This document shows positions 53,974-63,111 of a DNA stretch of 64,000 nucleotides, in pieces. The stretch is from Bacillota bacterium (GTDB taxonomy: Bacteria; Bacillota; Clostridia; Saccharofermentanales; Fastidiosipilaceae): NCBI GenBank assembly GCA_023388435.1, contig JAEWGG010000033.1:29623-93622 (forward strand), written 5' to 3'. Each line of letters starts with the position of its first letter. Position 1 is the stretch's first letter. A model generated the notes under the pieces. That model was not told where the DNA came from. It saw only the letters and a list, made by a program, of their open reading frames with translations, and did not search any database. Made by a program: the position numbers and the translations under genes.

Positions 53974-55628
53974 TGGCTGTTTTGAGACTGTATCTGGAGC
54001 CTCAGCGGCGCTGGCTTGAAGATCTGAGCCAGGGGCGCCCGCTGTCCGCACACAGTCATGGCTTGCGCGACTTGCTGGCCCTTTTCTATGTGCGGGTCGA
54101 GGGGGATTGCAGGGGGCTGCGCTTCTCGGTGGAAGTCGGGGAGGGGGAGCCTGCTGGAGATTTTCGGCTGGTGGAAGAGGCTGGGCACCTGGGCCTGGCC
54201 GCCCTGGATTCTGAGCAGCAGTCAGAACTGGAGGCCGCCGCCCTGGAAGGGGCAGAGGTCTATTGTGGGACCTGGGAGCGCCTCTTCACTCTGACGGGAG
54301 ACAGGGGCTGGGAACCCGGGAGGCAGGGGGAGGTCCTGCGGCGACGCCAGTTTAAAGCTGCCGCCTACCGTCTCCTGTCGGAGCAGACGGGGAAGTGTTT
54401 CCCCTGGGGTTCGCTGACTGGCATTCGACCGCAATATATTGCGGGGGAATTTCTGGCGTCAGGAGCCAGTCCCGAGGAGGCCCAGCAGGCCCTGGTCCAG
54501 CAGTACCAGCTGCGTCCGGATAAGGCCGCCCTGGCCCTGGAAGTGGCCGCGGAGACGGAGCGCCAGCGTCGGAGGCTGGGGCCAGAGGACCTCCTGCTTT
54601 ATGTGGGTGTGGCCTTTTGTCCCAGCCGCTGCAGCTACTGTTCTTTCAGCAGCCCTGAGGGCATCGCCCGTCCAGAAGAGGAGAAAGAGGCCTATGTTCA
54701 GGCCCTCTGCCAACAGCTGGACTTCCTTCTGGAACGCTATGGTGACCGCGTGCGCTGTGTCTACATTGGAGGGGGGACGCCGACTGAGCTGAGCTATGGG
54801 CAGCTGGACCAGCTCTTCTCACAGCTCGCCAGGCGGCTGGACATGGACCGGCTCAGCGAATTTTGCCTGGAGGCTGGCCGCAGTGACAGCCTGACCTATG
54901 AGAAACTGGCTCTGGCCCGACGCTATGCTGTGGGCCGTGTCTGCCTGAATCCGCAGAGCATGCAGGCCGAAACGATGCTTCGGGTGGGGCGCATTCAGAC
55001 GCCGGAGGAGATCCGGCGCTGCTACCGCTGGATGCGGGAACTGGGCTTTTCCAGCATCAATATGGATCTGATTGCTGGTCTGCCTGGAGAAAGTCCGGAG
55101 GACTATCTGGACAGTGTGGCCCAGCTGCTCGCACTGCGGCCTGAGAATATCATGCTGCACAGTCTGGCCCAGAAGCGTTCGGCCCAGTTGGAGAGTGCCG
55201 TCAGCTGGCAGGAGGGCAGCAGGGGTCCCGGCAGAGCACAGGTGGAGGCGGACGGAGAGGCTCTGCGCAGGGCCCTGGGCAGCACGGCGGAACCCTGGGC
55301 CCTGGCCCAGGAGAGGGCCCTGGCCCTGCTGCGGGCCGCAGGTTACCGGCCCTATTATATGTACCGCAACAAGGCCGCTCTGGGCGGACTTGAAAATATA
55401 GGTCTCTGCCTTGAGAAGCAGGTCTGTCTCTACAATGTGGCCATGATGGAGGACCTGGCCCCCGTCCTGGCCTGTGGGGCCGGAGCGATGAATAAATGGG
55501 TTGCCGGAAAGCGTGTAGAGCGCCTGCCTGGCCTGCGGAATATACGGCTCTATGTGGAGCGCTGTGCGGACTTTTGCCGCAGGCAGGAGCGCTTTTTCCA
55601 GGAGCAGGAGGCCCGGGGGGAATGCTAA
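53973..55628 (+). CDS. HemN-like radical-SAM protein, HemZ-type (oxygen-independent coproporphyrinogen-oxidase-like)
   Basis: Radical-SAM cluster motif VGVAFCPSRCSYCSFSS, VYIGGGTPT and a long N-terminal extension as in Clostridial HemZ (TIGR03994, recalled from memory). Confidence 0.7.
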   Translation: MAVLRLYLEPQRRWLEDLSQGRPLSAHSHGLRDLLALFYVRVEGDCRGLRFSVEVGEGEPAGDFRLVEEAGHLGLAALDSEQQSELEAAALEGAEVYCGTWERLFTLTGDRGWEPGRQGEVLRRRQFKAAAYRLLSEQTGKCFPWGSLTGIRPQYIAGEFLASGASPEEAQQALVQQYQLRPDKAALALEVAAETERQRRRLGPEDLLLYVGVAFCPSRCSYCSFSSPEGIARPEEEKEAYVQALCQQLDFLLERYGDRVRCVYIGGGTPTELSYGQLDQLFSQLARRLDMDRLSEFCLEAGRSDSLTYEKLALARRYAVGRVCLNPQSMQAETMLRVGRIQTPEEIRRCYRWMRELGFSSINMDLIAGLPGESPEDYLDSVAQLLALRPENIMLHSLAQKRSAQLESAVSWQEGSRGPGRAQVEADGEALRRALGSTAEPWALAQERALALLRAAGYRPYYMYRNKAALGGLENIGLCLEKQVCLYNVAMMEDLAPVLACGAGAMNKWVAGKRVERLPGLRNIRLYVERCADFCRRQERFFQEQEARGEC

Positions 55629-55682
55629 AATACCAGTGATAAGGACCGCCTGGGCGCTTTACTGTAGCGAGAGGAGTGAGCT

Positions 55683-56405
55683 TTGGACCAGTCCAGAATC
55701 CCGAATTATATCCTGATCGGCATGCCCGCCTCGGGGAAATCGAGTATGGGGCGCAATTTGGCGCGCCTGATGGACCGGCCCTTTGTGGACACGGACCTGT
55801 TAATGGCCGAGCAGCTGGGCTATGGGCCAGGTGGACTTCTTGAGGCGACGGAGACCCTGGGGGCCTTCGTCCGCCAGGAGGAGGCGGTGGTGCTGACTGT
55901 CCAGGGGACGGGGCAGATCATCGCGACGGGCGGTTCCGTGGTCTACTCGGCCCGGGCCATGCAGCACCTCCACAGTCTGGGGCTGGTAATTTACCTCTTC
56001 GACTATTTTGGGCGCATCCAGAGGCGGGTGGGACCCCTGGACCGGCGCGGTGTGGTCGGGCGTCCCGGCCAGCGCTTCTATGATGTCTATCGGGACCGTG
56101 AGCAACTCTACCGCCACCACGCGGACCTGATCTGGCAGAATTGCCGCTTCGGCCCGGCAAGGTCAGCCCACTATCTGGCGGGCCTCCTGCGCTTTATGGA
56201 GGAGACGGGCCTGACTGCGGCAGAGCTGGGCGCTGTGGACCTGGCGGGAGGCTCCGAGCTCGAATCAGCCATGGATTTCACAGCGCCCTGGTCGCTCTGT
56301 CCGCCGGACTCCGGAACGGACGGCCCATCCAGGAGGCAGGGCCGACGCCGGAAGCGGCGCGGGGCCAGGGGCCAGCGGCCTTCAGGACAGGAGAAGGGGG
56401 ACTAG
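55683..56405 (+). CDS. aroK: shikimate kinase with ~70-aa C-terminal extension ending in a polybasic tract
   Basis: NYILIGMPASGKSSMGRNLA...FVDTDLL and ATGGSVV motifs. TTG start. The tail ends SRRQGRRRKRRGARGQRPSGQEKGD. Confidence 0.8.
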   Translation: MDQSRIPNYILIGMPASGKSSMGRNLARLMDRPFVDTDLLMAEQLGYGPGGLLEATETLGAFVRQEEAVVLTVQGTGQIIATGGSVVYSARAMQHLHSLGLVIYLFDYFGRIQRRVGPLDRRGVVGRPGQRFYDVYRDREQLYRHHADLIWQNCRFGPARSAHYLAGLLRFMEETGLTAAELGAVDLAGGSELESAMDFTAPWSLCPPDSGTDGPSRRQGRRRKRRGARGQRPSGQEKGD

Positions 56406-56407
56406 CT

Positions 56408-57946
56408 ATGGGACAGGCGAAGTTCTGGGCGGTGATTGAAGTGGGGTCCAAGCACCTCAGCCTCTGCATCTGGCAGCAGACAAAAAAAGGGGCCAAGCGG
56501 CTGGACTTGGTCCGCGAGTCGCTGGGCCTGGGTGCGGACTGCTACCGCCAGGGCGCGGTTGGGGAGGACTCCATCCGGGCCTGCTGCCACTGCCTGCAGG
56601 CCTTTCGCCGCAAGCTGGAAGAATACGGTATCTCCGTCCCGGAACGGGTGGTGGCCACCTCGGCTCTGAGGGAGGCAAAGAACCGGGAGGCCGTCTGCTA
56701 CCGCATCTATGAGCAGAGCGGCTTTGAGGTGGAGATACTGGATGCCAGCGAGGAGCTGGGCCTGCGGATGCAGGCCCTCTGGGCCCAGCTGCGGGAGGAG
56801 CAGCCCGAGGCGGAGCAAAAAGACTATGCGATCTGGGACGTGGGCGCGGGTTCCTTGCATCTCAGCCAGATCAACGCAGGACACCTGGTTGCCGGCCGCA
56901 GCGAGGCTCTGGGCGCCTTGCGGCTCAGCACGCTCTATGAGCGGCTGAAGCTCTCGTCCCAGCAGCCCCTGGCCACACTCCGTGCGGCCATCCAGAACCA
57001 GTTGGCAGCCCTGCCCCAAGCCCCAGGCGGCCGTGTTGGACGCGAACTGATTTTTCTCTCGGAAGAAGGCTTTTACCTGAAGCGACTACTGGGTTACAAG
57101 AAGGCTGTGGCCCAACTGAGCCGCCGGGACCTTTCCCAGCTCATCGACATCCTGCTTCACAGCCAGGAGGCGGAGCTGGCCTACAGTTATGACATCGATC
57201 CAGCTACCTGCAGGCTGCTTCTGCCCACCTGTCTGATTATGGAGGCCGGACTACAGTACAGCGGGGCTGAGACCTGTCAGCTACCGAATCTGGACCTCTG
57301 TGCGGCCCTGATCTATGTCCAGGGGCTGGGACGAAAGGAAGAGGCCCTGCAGCGGCGCTGGCTCTGCATCGACGTGGCCTGGCAGCAGGCCCGGCAGTTT
57401 GGTCTCAATAGCGCCCAGCTGGCCTGTCGTCTGGGCCATGTCCAGCGCCTCTGGCCCAAGCTGGCTCGGGGGGCCGGTCTGGAGGCCCAGGACCAGCTTT
57501 ACTGCGAGCTGGCCGGCCTGCTCATGAGTCTGGGTCTGGCCCTGCGCAGCAAGGGCTACAGCCGCCTCAGCTATGATCTGATCCGCCAGTTGGAGCTGCC
57601 TGGCATCAGCGCTGCTGCCCAGGAGGAAATAGCGACCATCGCCCGACTTGCCACTGAGGACAGCCTGCGCTACAAATACCTGGAGAAACTGGCCCTGCCA
57701 CGCCAGCGCAGCGCCCTCATCTCGGCCCTGGTGCTCCGCCTGGCAGCAGCCCTCAGCAGCAGTGGCCAGCTCTCGGCTGAGGACCTGGCCATCAGTCGTA
57801 AAAATGACGTCCTGCAGATCCAGCTCCCGGCTGGGGCAGGCTGCGATTGGGAGCGCCTGCAGGCCCTGGCCGAGGCCCGCAACTGGCGGGGCAACCTCGG
57901 GCTCAGCCTCCATCTGCAGGAGCTGTCAACGGAGCGCAGAACCTGA
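56408..57946 (+). CDS. ppx: Ppx/GppA-family exopolyphosphatase
   Basis: N-terminal ASKHA fold (WAVIEVGSKHLSLCIW, VVATSALREAKN, IWDVGAGSLHL). Located directly upstream of ppk. Confidence 0.8.
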   Translation: MGQAKFWAVIEVGSKHLSLCIWQQTKKGAKRLDLVRESLGLGADCYRQGAVGEDSIRACCHCLQAFRRKLEEYGISVPERVVATSALREAKNREAVCYRIYEQSGFEVEILDASEELGLRMQALWAQLREEQPEAEQKDYAIWDVGAGSLHLSQINAGHLVAGRSEALGALRLSTLYERLKLSSQQPLATLRAAIQNQLAALPQAPGGRVGRELIFLSEEGFYLKRLLGYKKAVAQLSRRDLSQLIDILLHSQEAELAYSYDIDPATCRLLLPTCLIMEAGLQYSGAETCQLPNLDLCAALIYVQGLGRKEEALQRRWLCIDVAWQQARQFGLNSAQLACRLGHVQRLWPKLARGAGLEAQDQLYCELAGLLMSLGLALRSKGYSRLSYDLIRQLELPGISAAAQEEIATIARLATEDSLRYKYLEKLALPRQRSALISALVLRLAAALSSSGQLSAEDLAISRKNDVLQIQLPAGAGCDWERLQALAEARNWRGNLGLSLHLQELSTERRT

Positions 57947-57991
57947 GACTAAAGACGGAGAGTCCTGTACAGAAGGAGAGGGAAGGTCGGT

Positions 57992-60274
57992 ATGCCTAGT
58001 CAGAAAAAGAAAGAATCCAGGACCCGGGGCGACAAGTTTCCGATGAAGTCCCTGCTGGCCCTCCAGAGGAGCCGCCAGCAGGCCCCTAGCCACTACAGCC
58101 GAAATCCTCGCTACCTGAACCGTGAATTGAGTTGGCTGGCCTTCAATGACCGCGTCTTACAAGAATCGCGCAACCGCAACAATCCGCTCCTAGAGCAGTT
58201 GTCCTTCCTGGCTATTACGGCCTCCAACCTCGATGAATTCTTCATGGTGCGCGTGGCCTCGCTCAAGGATCAGGTCCAGGCCGCCTATCGACGGGCGGAT
58301 CTCGCTGGCCTGGAACCCCAGGAGCAGCTGGAAGCCATAGCCCAGGAAACACACGCCATGAGTGCGCGTATGTACCAGAATTGGGGGCGTCTGAGACAGT
58401 CCCTGGCAGACCAGGGTCAGCACTTCCTCAGCAAGGAACAGATCGACAGCCGCCACAAGGAGCTGTTGAGGCCCTACTTCGACGAGTATGTCTACCCCAT
58501 CCTCACACCTATGGCCGTGGACAGCGGTAGGCCCTTCCCCCTGATCAGCAACCGCAGCCTGAACCTCTCTGTCCTGCTCCAGGCCCGGGAGGATGAGGAC
58601 CAGCACAAGTTTGTGACCATACAGGTCCCCCAGGTGCTCGCGCGCATCTGCCCACTGCCGGAGACAGAAGGGGGGGGGCGGAGCTACATTCTTCTGGAGG
58701 ATCTGATTCGCCTCTTCCTGCCAGAGATCTTTCCCCAGCGCCGTATCTTGGCCTCAGCTGTCTATCGCATCATGCGCAATGCGGACTTGGACTTCGATGA
58801 GGAGGAGGCCCACGATCTTCTCCACGAGATTGAAAAGCAGCTGCGCCTGCGTCTCTGGGGAGAGGTTATCCGCCTGGAAGCTGAGGCCGACATCGACCGC
58901 CGTCTACTCCAGGAATTACTGCCGCGTCTGAAAGTTGCGGAGCAGGATATTTTTCTCATTGACGGCCCCCTCGACCTCCGCTTTTTGTCCAAGCTTGCAG
59001 GACGTCCAGAGTTTTCCCGCCGTGAAGATCTCCGCTATCCGCCCTACCAGCCCCAGGAGGCCTGGATTCTGCGCCGTCGCCGTGAGGAACTGGCCCAGGA
59101 GGGACATGAGGAGGCCGATATTTTTGACCTCATCAAGCGCGGCCCCATCCTCCTCCACCACCCCTACGAGTCCTTCGATCCCGTGCTGAACTTCATCCGT
59201 CAGGCAGCCCGTGATCCGGAGGTCCTGGCGATCAAGCAGACCCTCTACCGCATCAGCGGCGACTCACCCATCATCGGTTATCTGGAGGAGGCGGCCCGCA
59301 ACGGTAAGCAGGTCCTGGTCCTGGTCGAGCTCAAGGCCCGCTTCGATGAGGAGAACAACATCCACTGGGCCCGCCGCCTTGAACAGGCAGGCTGTCATGT
59401 CATCTACGGCCTGGTCGGACTCAAGACCCACAGTAAAATCACCCTCGTCGTGCGCCGGGAGGAGTCCGGAATTCGCCGCTACCTGCACCTCGGGACAGGC
59501 AACTACAATGACATCACGGCCCGTCTCTATACGGACCTCGGCTACTTCGTGTCCACAGAGGACCTGGCCGATGATGCGGTGGAGTTCTTTAACATGCTCT
59601 CCGGTTTTGCCGAGCCCCAGGAGTGGAAGTCCCTCTATGTGGCCCCACTGTGGCTGCGCCGCGGCTTCGAGACCCTCATCCGCCGCGAAATACAGGCCGC
59701 CAGGGCCGGGCGCAGGGCCCGGATTCAGGCCAAGATGAATTCTCTGGTGGACCAGGAAATGATCGATCTGCTCTACGAGGCCTCGGCGGCCGGGGTGGAG
59801 ATCGACCTCATTGTCCGCGGCATCTGCTGCCTCAGGCCCGGGATTCCTGGGCTCTCCGAAAATATCCGTGTGCGCTCCATTGTCGGCCGCTTTCTTGAAC
59901 ACGCCCGCATCTATATGTTCCACGCTGATGGGGCCGAGGAGGTCTACCTCTCGTCCGCAGACTGGATGAGCCGCAACCTGACCCGGCGCGTGGAGCTGCT
60001 CTTTCCTGTCGAGGACAGTCTCTGCCGCGCCGCAGTTAAGGAAATCATGCAGATTCAGTTCAACGACCGGGAGCGGGCCCAGGCCATGCAGGCCGACGGT
60101 ACCTATAAGCGGCTCCCGAGCGCTGGCCAGCGACGTTTGGACGCCCAGGAGGAACTCTGTCGCCTGGCCCTGCTGCGGGCTCCTAAGGAGAAGGATGTCT
60201 TCGAGAGCCGCCACTTCGTTCCCAGAGGCAAGGACTACCTGCCCATGGAAGAAGGCAGGGAGGAGTCGACTTAG
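57992..60274 (+). CDS. ppk: polyphosphate kinase 1
   Basis: YLNRELSWLAFNDRVLQES, NLDEFFMVRV and two PLD-like HKD modules (GLKTHSKITLVVRRE; RFLEHARIYMF). Alternative start ATG 58043. Confidence 0.95.
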   Translation: MPSQKKKESRTRGDKFPMKSLLALQRSRQQAPSHYSRNPRYLNRELSWLAFNDRVLQESRNRNNPLLEQLSFLAITASNLDEFFMVRVASLKDQVQAAYRRADLAGLEPQEQLEAIAQETHAMSARMYQNWGRLRQSLADQGQHFLSKEQIDSRHKELLRPYFDEYVYPILTPMAVDSGRPFPLISNRSLNLSVLLQAREDEDQHKFVTIQVPQVLARICPLPETEGGGRSYILLEDLIRLFLPEIFPQRRILASAVYRIMRNADLDFDEEEAHDLLHEIEKQLRLRLWGEVIRLEAEADIDRRLLQELLPRLKVAEQDIFLIDGPLDLRFLSKLAGRPEFSRREDLRYPPYQPQEAWILRRRREELAQEGHEEADIFDLIKRGPILLHHPYESFDPVLNFIRQAARDPEVLAIKQTLYRISGDSPIIGYLEEAARNGKQVLVLVELKARFDEENNIHWARRLEQAGCHVIYGLVGLKTHSKITLVVRREESGIRRYLHLGTGNYNDITARLYTDLGYFVSTEDLADDAVEFFNMLSGFAEPQEWKSLYVAPLWLRRGFETLIRREIQAARAGRRARIQAKMNSLVDQEMIDLLYEASAAGVEIDLIVRGICCLRPGIPGLSENIRVRSIVGRFLEHARIYMFHADGAEEVYLSSADWMSRNLTRRVELLFPVEDSLCRAAVKEIMQIQFNDRERAQAMQADGTYKRLPSAGQRRLDAQEELCRLALLRAPKEKDVFESRHFVPRGKDYLPMEEGREEST

Positions 60275-60348
60275 AGCGACGTGACTTTTTACTTCTGCTG
60301 GACTGTATTAAACTAGAGTTTCTAGCTATTTATGGGAGGCTTCCTGTG

Positions 60349-61959
60349 ATGGATAAAAAAATCAATCTGCCCAGCTACGGCAGTTTGCTTCTGGCTTTTA
60401 TATTTTTGCAGCCCCTGCTGGACAATTATTATTTCCTCAATGACAGCCGCTTCCAAGTCGCCGGCTTTTCTTTCGTCACCATCTTCCGCTTCATGGCCCT
60501 GGCCTGCTTTTTTGTCTGGGCCTGTCGACGCCGTCTCCTGCCACGACCAGCCCTCTGGGCCTGTCTGGCCTACGGGTTCCTGTCCGCCCTCTACTTCTGT
60601 GGCCACCACCTGGCCGCACAGCGCCTCCTCCTGCCCTCAGGACTGGAGCTCCACTACAGCCTGCCCTCTGAAGCTTTTTATATACTGCGCCTCGCGTACC
60701 CCCTGATTTTGCTGCTCCTGCTCTATTTCAGCGGACTCCAGCGGCGGCATCTGCTGCTTTGTCTGCTTGCTACAGCCGCCCTGATATCGGGACTGATCAT
60801 CGTCACGAACCTCCTCGGGCTTTCCCTGAACTCTTACAGCAATGAGCCCATCAAGGGGAGTATTATTTCCTGGTTCCTGAGCGGCAGCCAGCAGCCTGAC
60901 CCCAACCATCTCCCTTCCAAGGCCTTCTTTGTCTTCGCCAACCAGGCGGCGGCTATTCAGATCCTGCTCCTGGTCCCCGTATTTCTCTTTTTTATTCGCC
61001 ACACGACGTTTATATCCACTCTGATTCTTGCGGCCCAGCTCGTGGCCAGCGCGATGCTGGGGACGAAGCTGGCGGCCTTCGGCAGCCTCGCCGTCCTGGC
61101 CTGCTGCTTGGGCCTGCATTTCTTCGGCTTGCTCATCCCGGCGCCGGGCCGTCAGAGACGGTACCGGGCCCTGCTTCTGGCCTGTCTCATCCTTCTGGGC
61201 GGCGGCTTCCTTGTTTATAAGGGCCCAGCCCTCCGCCTCTTGGATATCCATAACAACACCATCCGGCAGGAGAATACAAGACGCGAGGAGCACATGAGAC
61301 GCGAGGAACAGGCAAGACGGGAGCAGGAGCGCCAGCGTGACGAGGGGAAGGAGGCCTCCTCCGGCTCTGAGAGTCCAGAAGCCGCCTACATCCGCAAGAA
61401 CTATAAGCGTCTACGTATCAACCCACAATTTATTCTGGAATCTTATCCCTACACCCAGGATGAGGAGTTCTGGCTGGCTATTATGAAGGAAGCACCGGAG
61501 CGCATTCTGAATTATCGCTATCTTGAGACGGCCATGATCCGCCGAGTCAAGGAGCTGGGAGGTGGCCGCATCCATGATTTCTTCGGCATCTCCTACAACA
61601 AGATGCTCTCGGTCTTTAACATCGAGCGCGACCTCCTGGCCCAGTACTACTCTCTGGGCTACCTGGGACTCCTGCTCTTCTTCGTCCCATACCCCTTAAT
61701 CCTGGCCTATCTCTTGTATCGCCTAATCCGCCGCAGGTCCTGGCCCAGCCTGGGGCAGCTCTGTTTGGCCGCCGCTGTACTGGCCACCTTTGCGACAGGC
61801 TATCTCACGGGAAATGTCCTGGACAGCATCTATGTCATGACGCTCCTGTCCGCCGTTCTGGCCCTTTTGGCTCTGGATATACTGCCTCGTGGGACAGCTG
61901 TCGCCAGTACGGAGCAGTCCAGGTCTTTGACAAAAATCCATAACGGAGAGGGTATCTAA
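60349..61959 (+). CDS. O-antigen ligase/polymerase-like (Wzy_C) polytopic membrane protein
   Basis: ~10 hydrophobic segments. GTKLAAFGSLAVLACC and a late NIERDLLAQYYSLGYLGLLLF segment resemble Wzy_C proteins. Contains a large charged insertion. Confidence 0.5.
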   Translation: MDKKINLPSYGSLLLAFIFLQPLLDNYYFLNDSRFQVAGFSFVTIFRFMALACFFVWACRRRLLPRPALWACLAYGFLSALYFCGHHLAAQRLLLPSGLELHYSLPSEAFYILRLAYPLILLLLLYFSGLQRRHLLLCLLATAALISGLIIVTNLLGLSLNSYSNEPIKGSIISWFLSGSQQPDPNHLPSKAFFVFANQAAAIQILLLVPVFLFFIRHTTFISTLILAAQLVASAMLGTKLAAFGSLAVLACCLGLHFFGLLIPAPGRQRRYRALLLACLILLGGGFLVYKGPALRLLDIHNNTIRQENTRREEHMRREEQARREQERQRDEGKEASSGSESPEAAYIRKNYKRLRINPQFILESYPYTQDEEFWLAIMKEAPERILNYRYLETAMIRRVKELGGGRIHDFFGISYNKMLSVFNIERDLLAQYYSLGYLGLLLFFVPYPLILAYLLYRLIRRRSWPSLGQLCLAAAVLATFATGYLTGNVLDSIYVMTLLSAVLALLALDILPRGTAVASTEQSRSLTKIHNGEGI

Positions 61960-62078
61960 GCGAAAGAATCTAGGTGAAACAACAAGGATTCCGCTGCTCA
62001 GATCTGCTATGCTGGACTTGCTATACATGGTATTGACTGGTTCTTATAGCGGGACCAGCAGGAAAGGAGTGCCTGTCC

Positions 62079-62876
62079 ATGCGCCTAGAGAATAAGATTG
62101 TCATCATCACTGCCAGCACCCGAGGCATCGGCTACGCCTGCGTGGAGGCCTGCGCCCGTGAAGGGGCCCGGGTCTACATGGCCGCCCGCAATCTGGAGCG
62201 GGCCGAAGAGGCGGCCCAGAAGCTCCGAGACCAGGGCTACGACGTGCGGACGGTCAAGCACGACGCCTCCATTCCCGGCAGTCACCGAGAGATGGTCGAG
62301 GAGGTTGCGGCCAAGGAGGGGCGCATTGACGTTCTGGTAAATAATTTCGGACATACGGATGTCAAGGTCGACCTGGACTTCGAACACACGAAGTACCAGG
62401 ACCTGTTGGCCATCCTGGATCAGAATCTGGCCAGTGTCTATGAGACCTCCCAGGCGGCTGTTCCACACATGAAAGATGGCGGCAGCATCGTCAACATATC
62501 CTCCATCGGGGGCCTCCTGCCGGATGTCTCGCGTATCGCCTATGCTCTCAGTAAGGACGCCATCATCTACCTCAGCAAGAATATGGCCCTGCAGCTGGGG
62601 CGTAAGGGCGTCCGCGTCAACGTGGTCTGCCCCGGACAGACGGCCACAGACGCCGTCATGCAGAATATGACGGAGCAGTTCCAGGCCTTCTTCAACCGCC
62701 ACACGCCCATTAAGCGCATGGGTAAGCCGGAGGAGGACGCCGCCCTGGTGGTCTACTTTGCCTCCGATGAGTCGGCCTATACCACAGGCCAGGTGGTCGC
62801 CGTCTCTGGCGGCTTCGGTCTGGGTACGCCCGTCTTCGCCGACCTGGCTGATATGGCCGCTGACAAGCGCGGCTGA
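62079..62876 (+). CDS. short-chain dehydrogenase/reductase (classical SDR)
   Basis: Cofactor motif ITASTRGIGYA, NNFG, catalytic S...YALSK and PG motif. Confidence 0.85.
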   Translation: MRLENKIVIITASTRGIGYACVEACAREGARVYMAARNLERAEEAAQKLRDQGYDVRTVKHDASIPGSHREMVEEVAAKEGRIDVLVNNFGHTDVKVDLDFEHTKYQDLLAILDQNLASVYETSQAAVPHMKDGGSIVNISSIGGLLPDVSRIAYALSKDAIIYLSKNMALQLGRKGVRVNVVCPGQTATDAVMQNMTEQFQAFFNRHTPIKRMGKPEEDAALVVYFASDESAYTTGQVVAVSGGFGLGTPVFADLADMAADKRG

Positions 62877-62890
62877 TTTTGTGCTGTGAG

Positions 62891-62946
62891 GCCCCCCGAC
62901 AGGCTTTTGTTTCCCCGAGTTGGAACGGCCTGGCGGGGGGCTTTTT
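62891..62946 (+). terminator. rho-independent terminator after the SDR gene
   Basis: GCCCCCCGACAGGC...GCCTGGCGGGGGGC followed by TTTTT. Confidence 0.7.
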
Positions 62947-63111
62947 GCTGTCTCTAGCCGCATGAAATACCCCGGACTGACTTGGGGAACAGGTCCTATC
63001 AGGGCCCAGCCTAACGTTTTGCCTACAGCCCTCGGCTGCGCTTGAAAGGGCAAAACGGGGGAGGCTCGCGTGCTATAATTGAGAAAAGTCAGGACTTTTT
63101 GGGAGGTTTCC

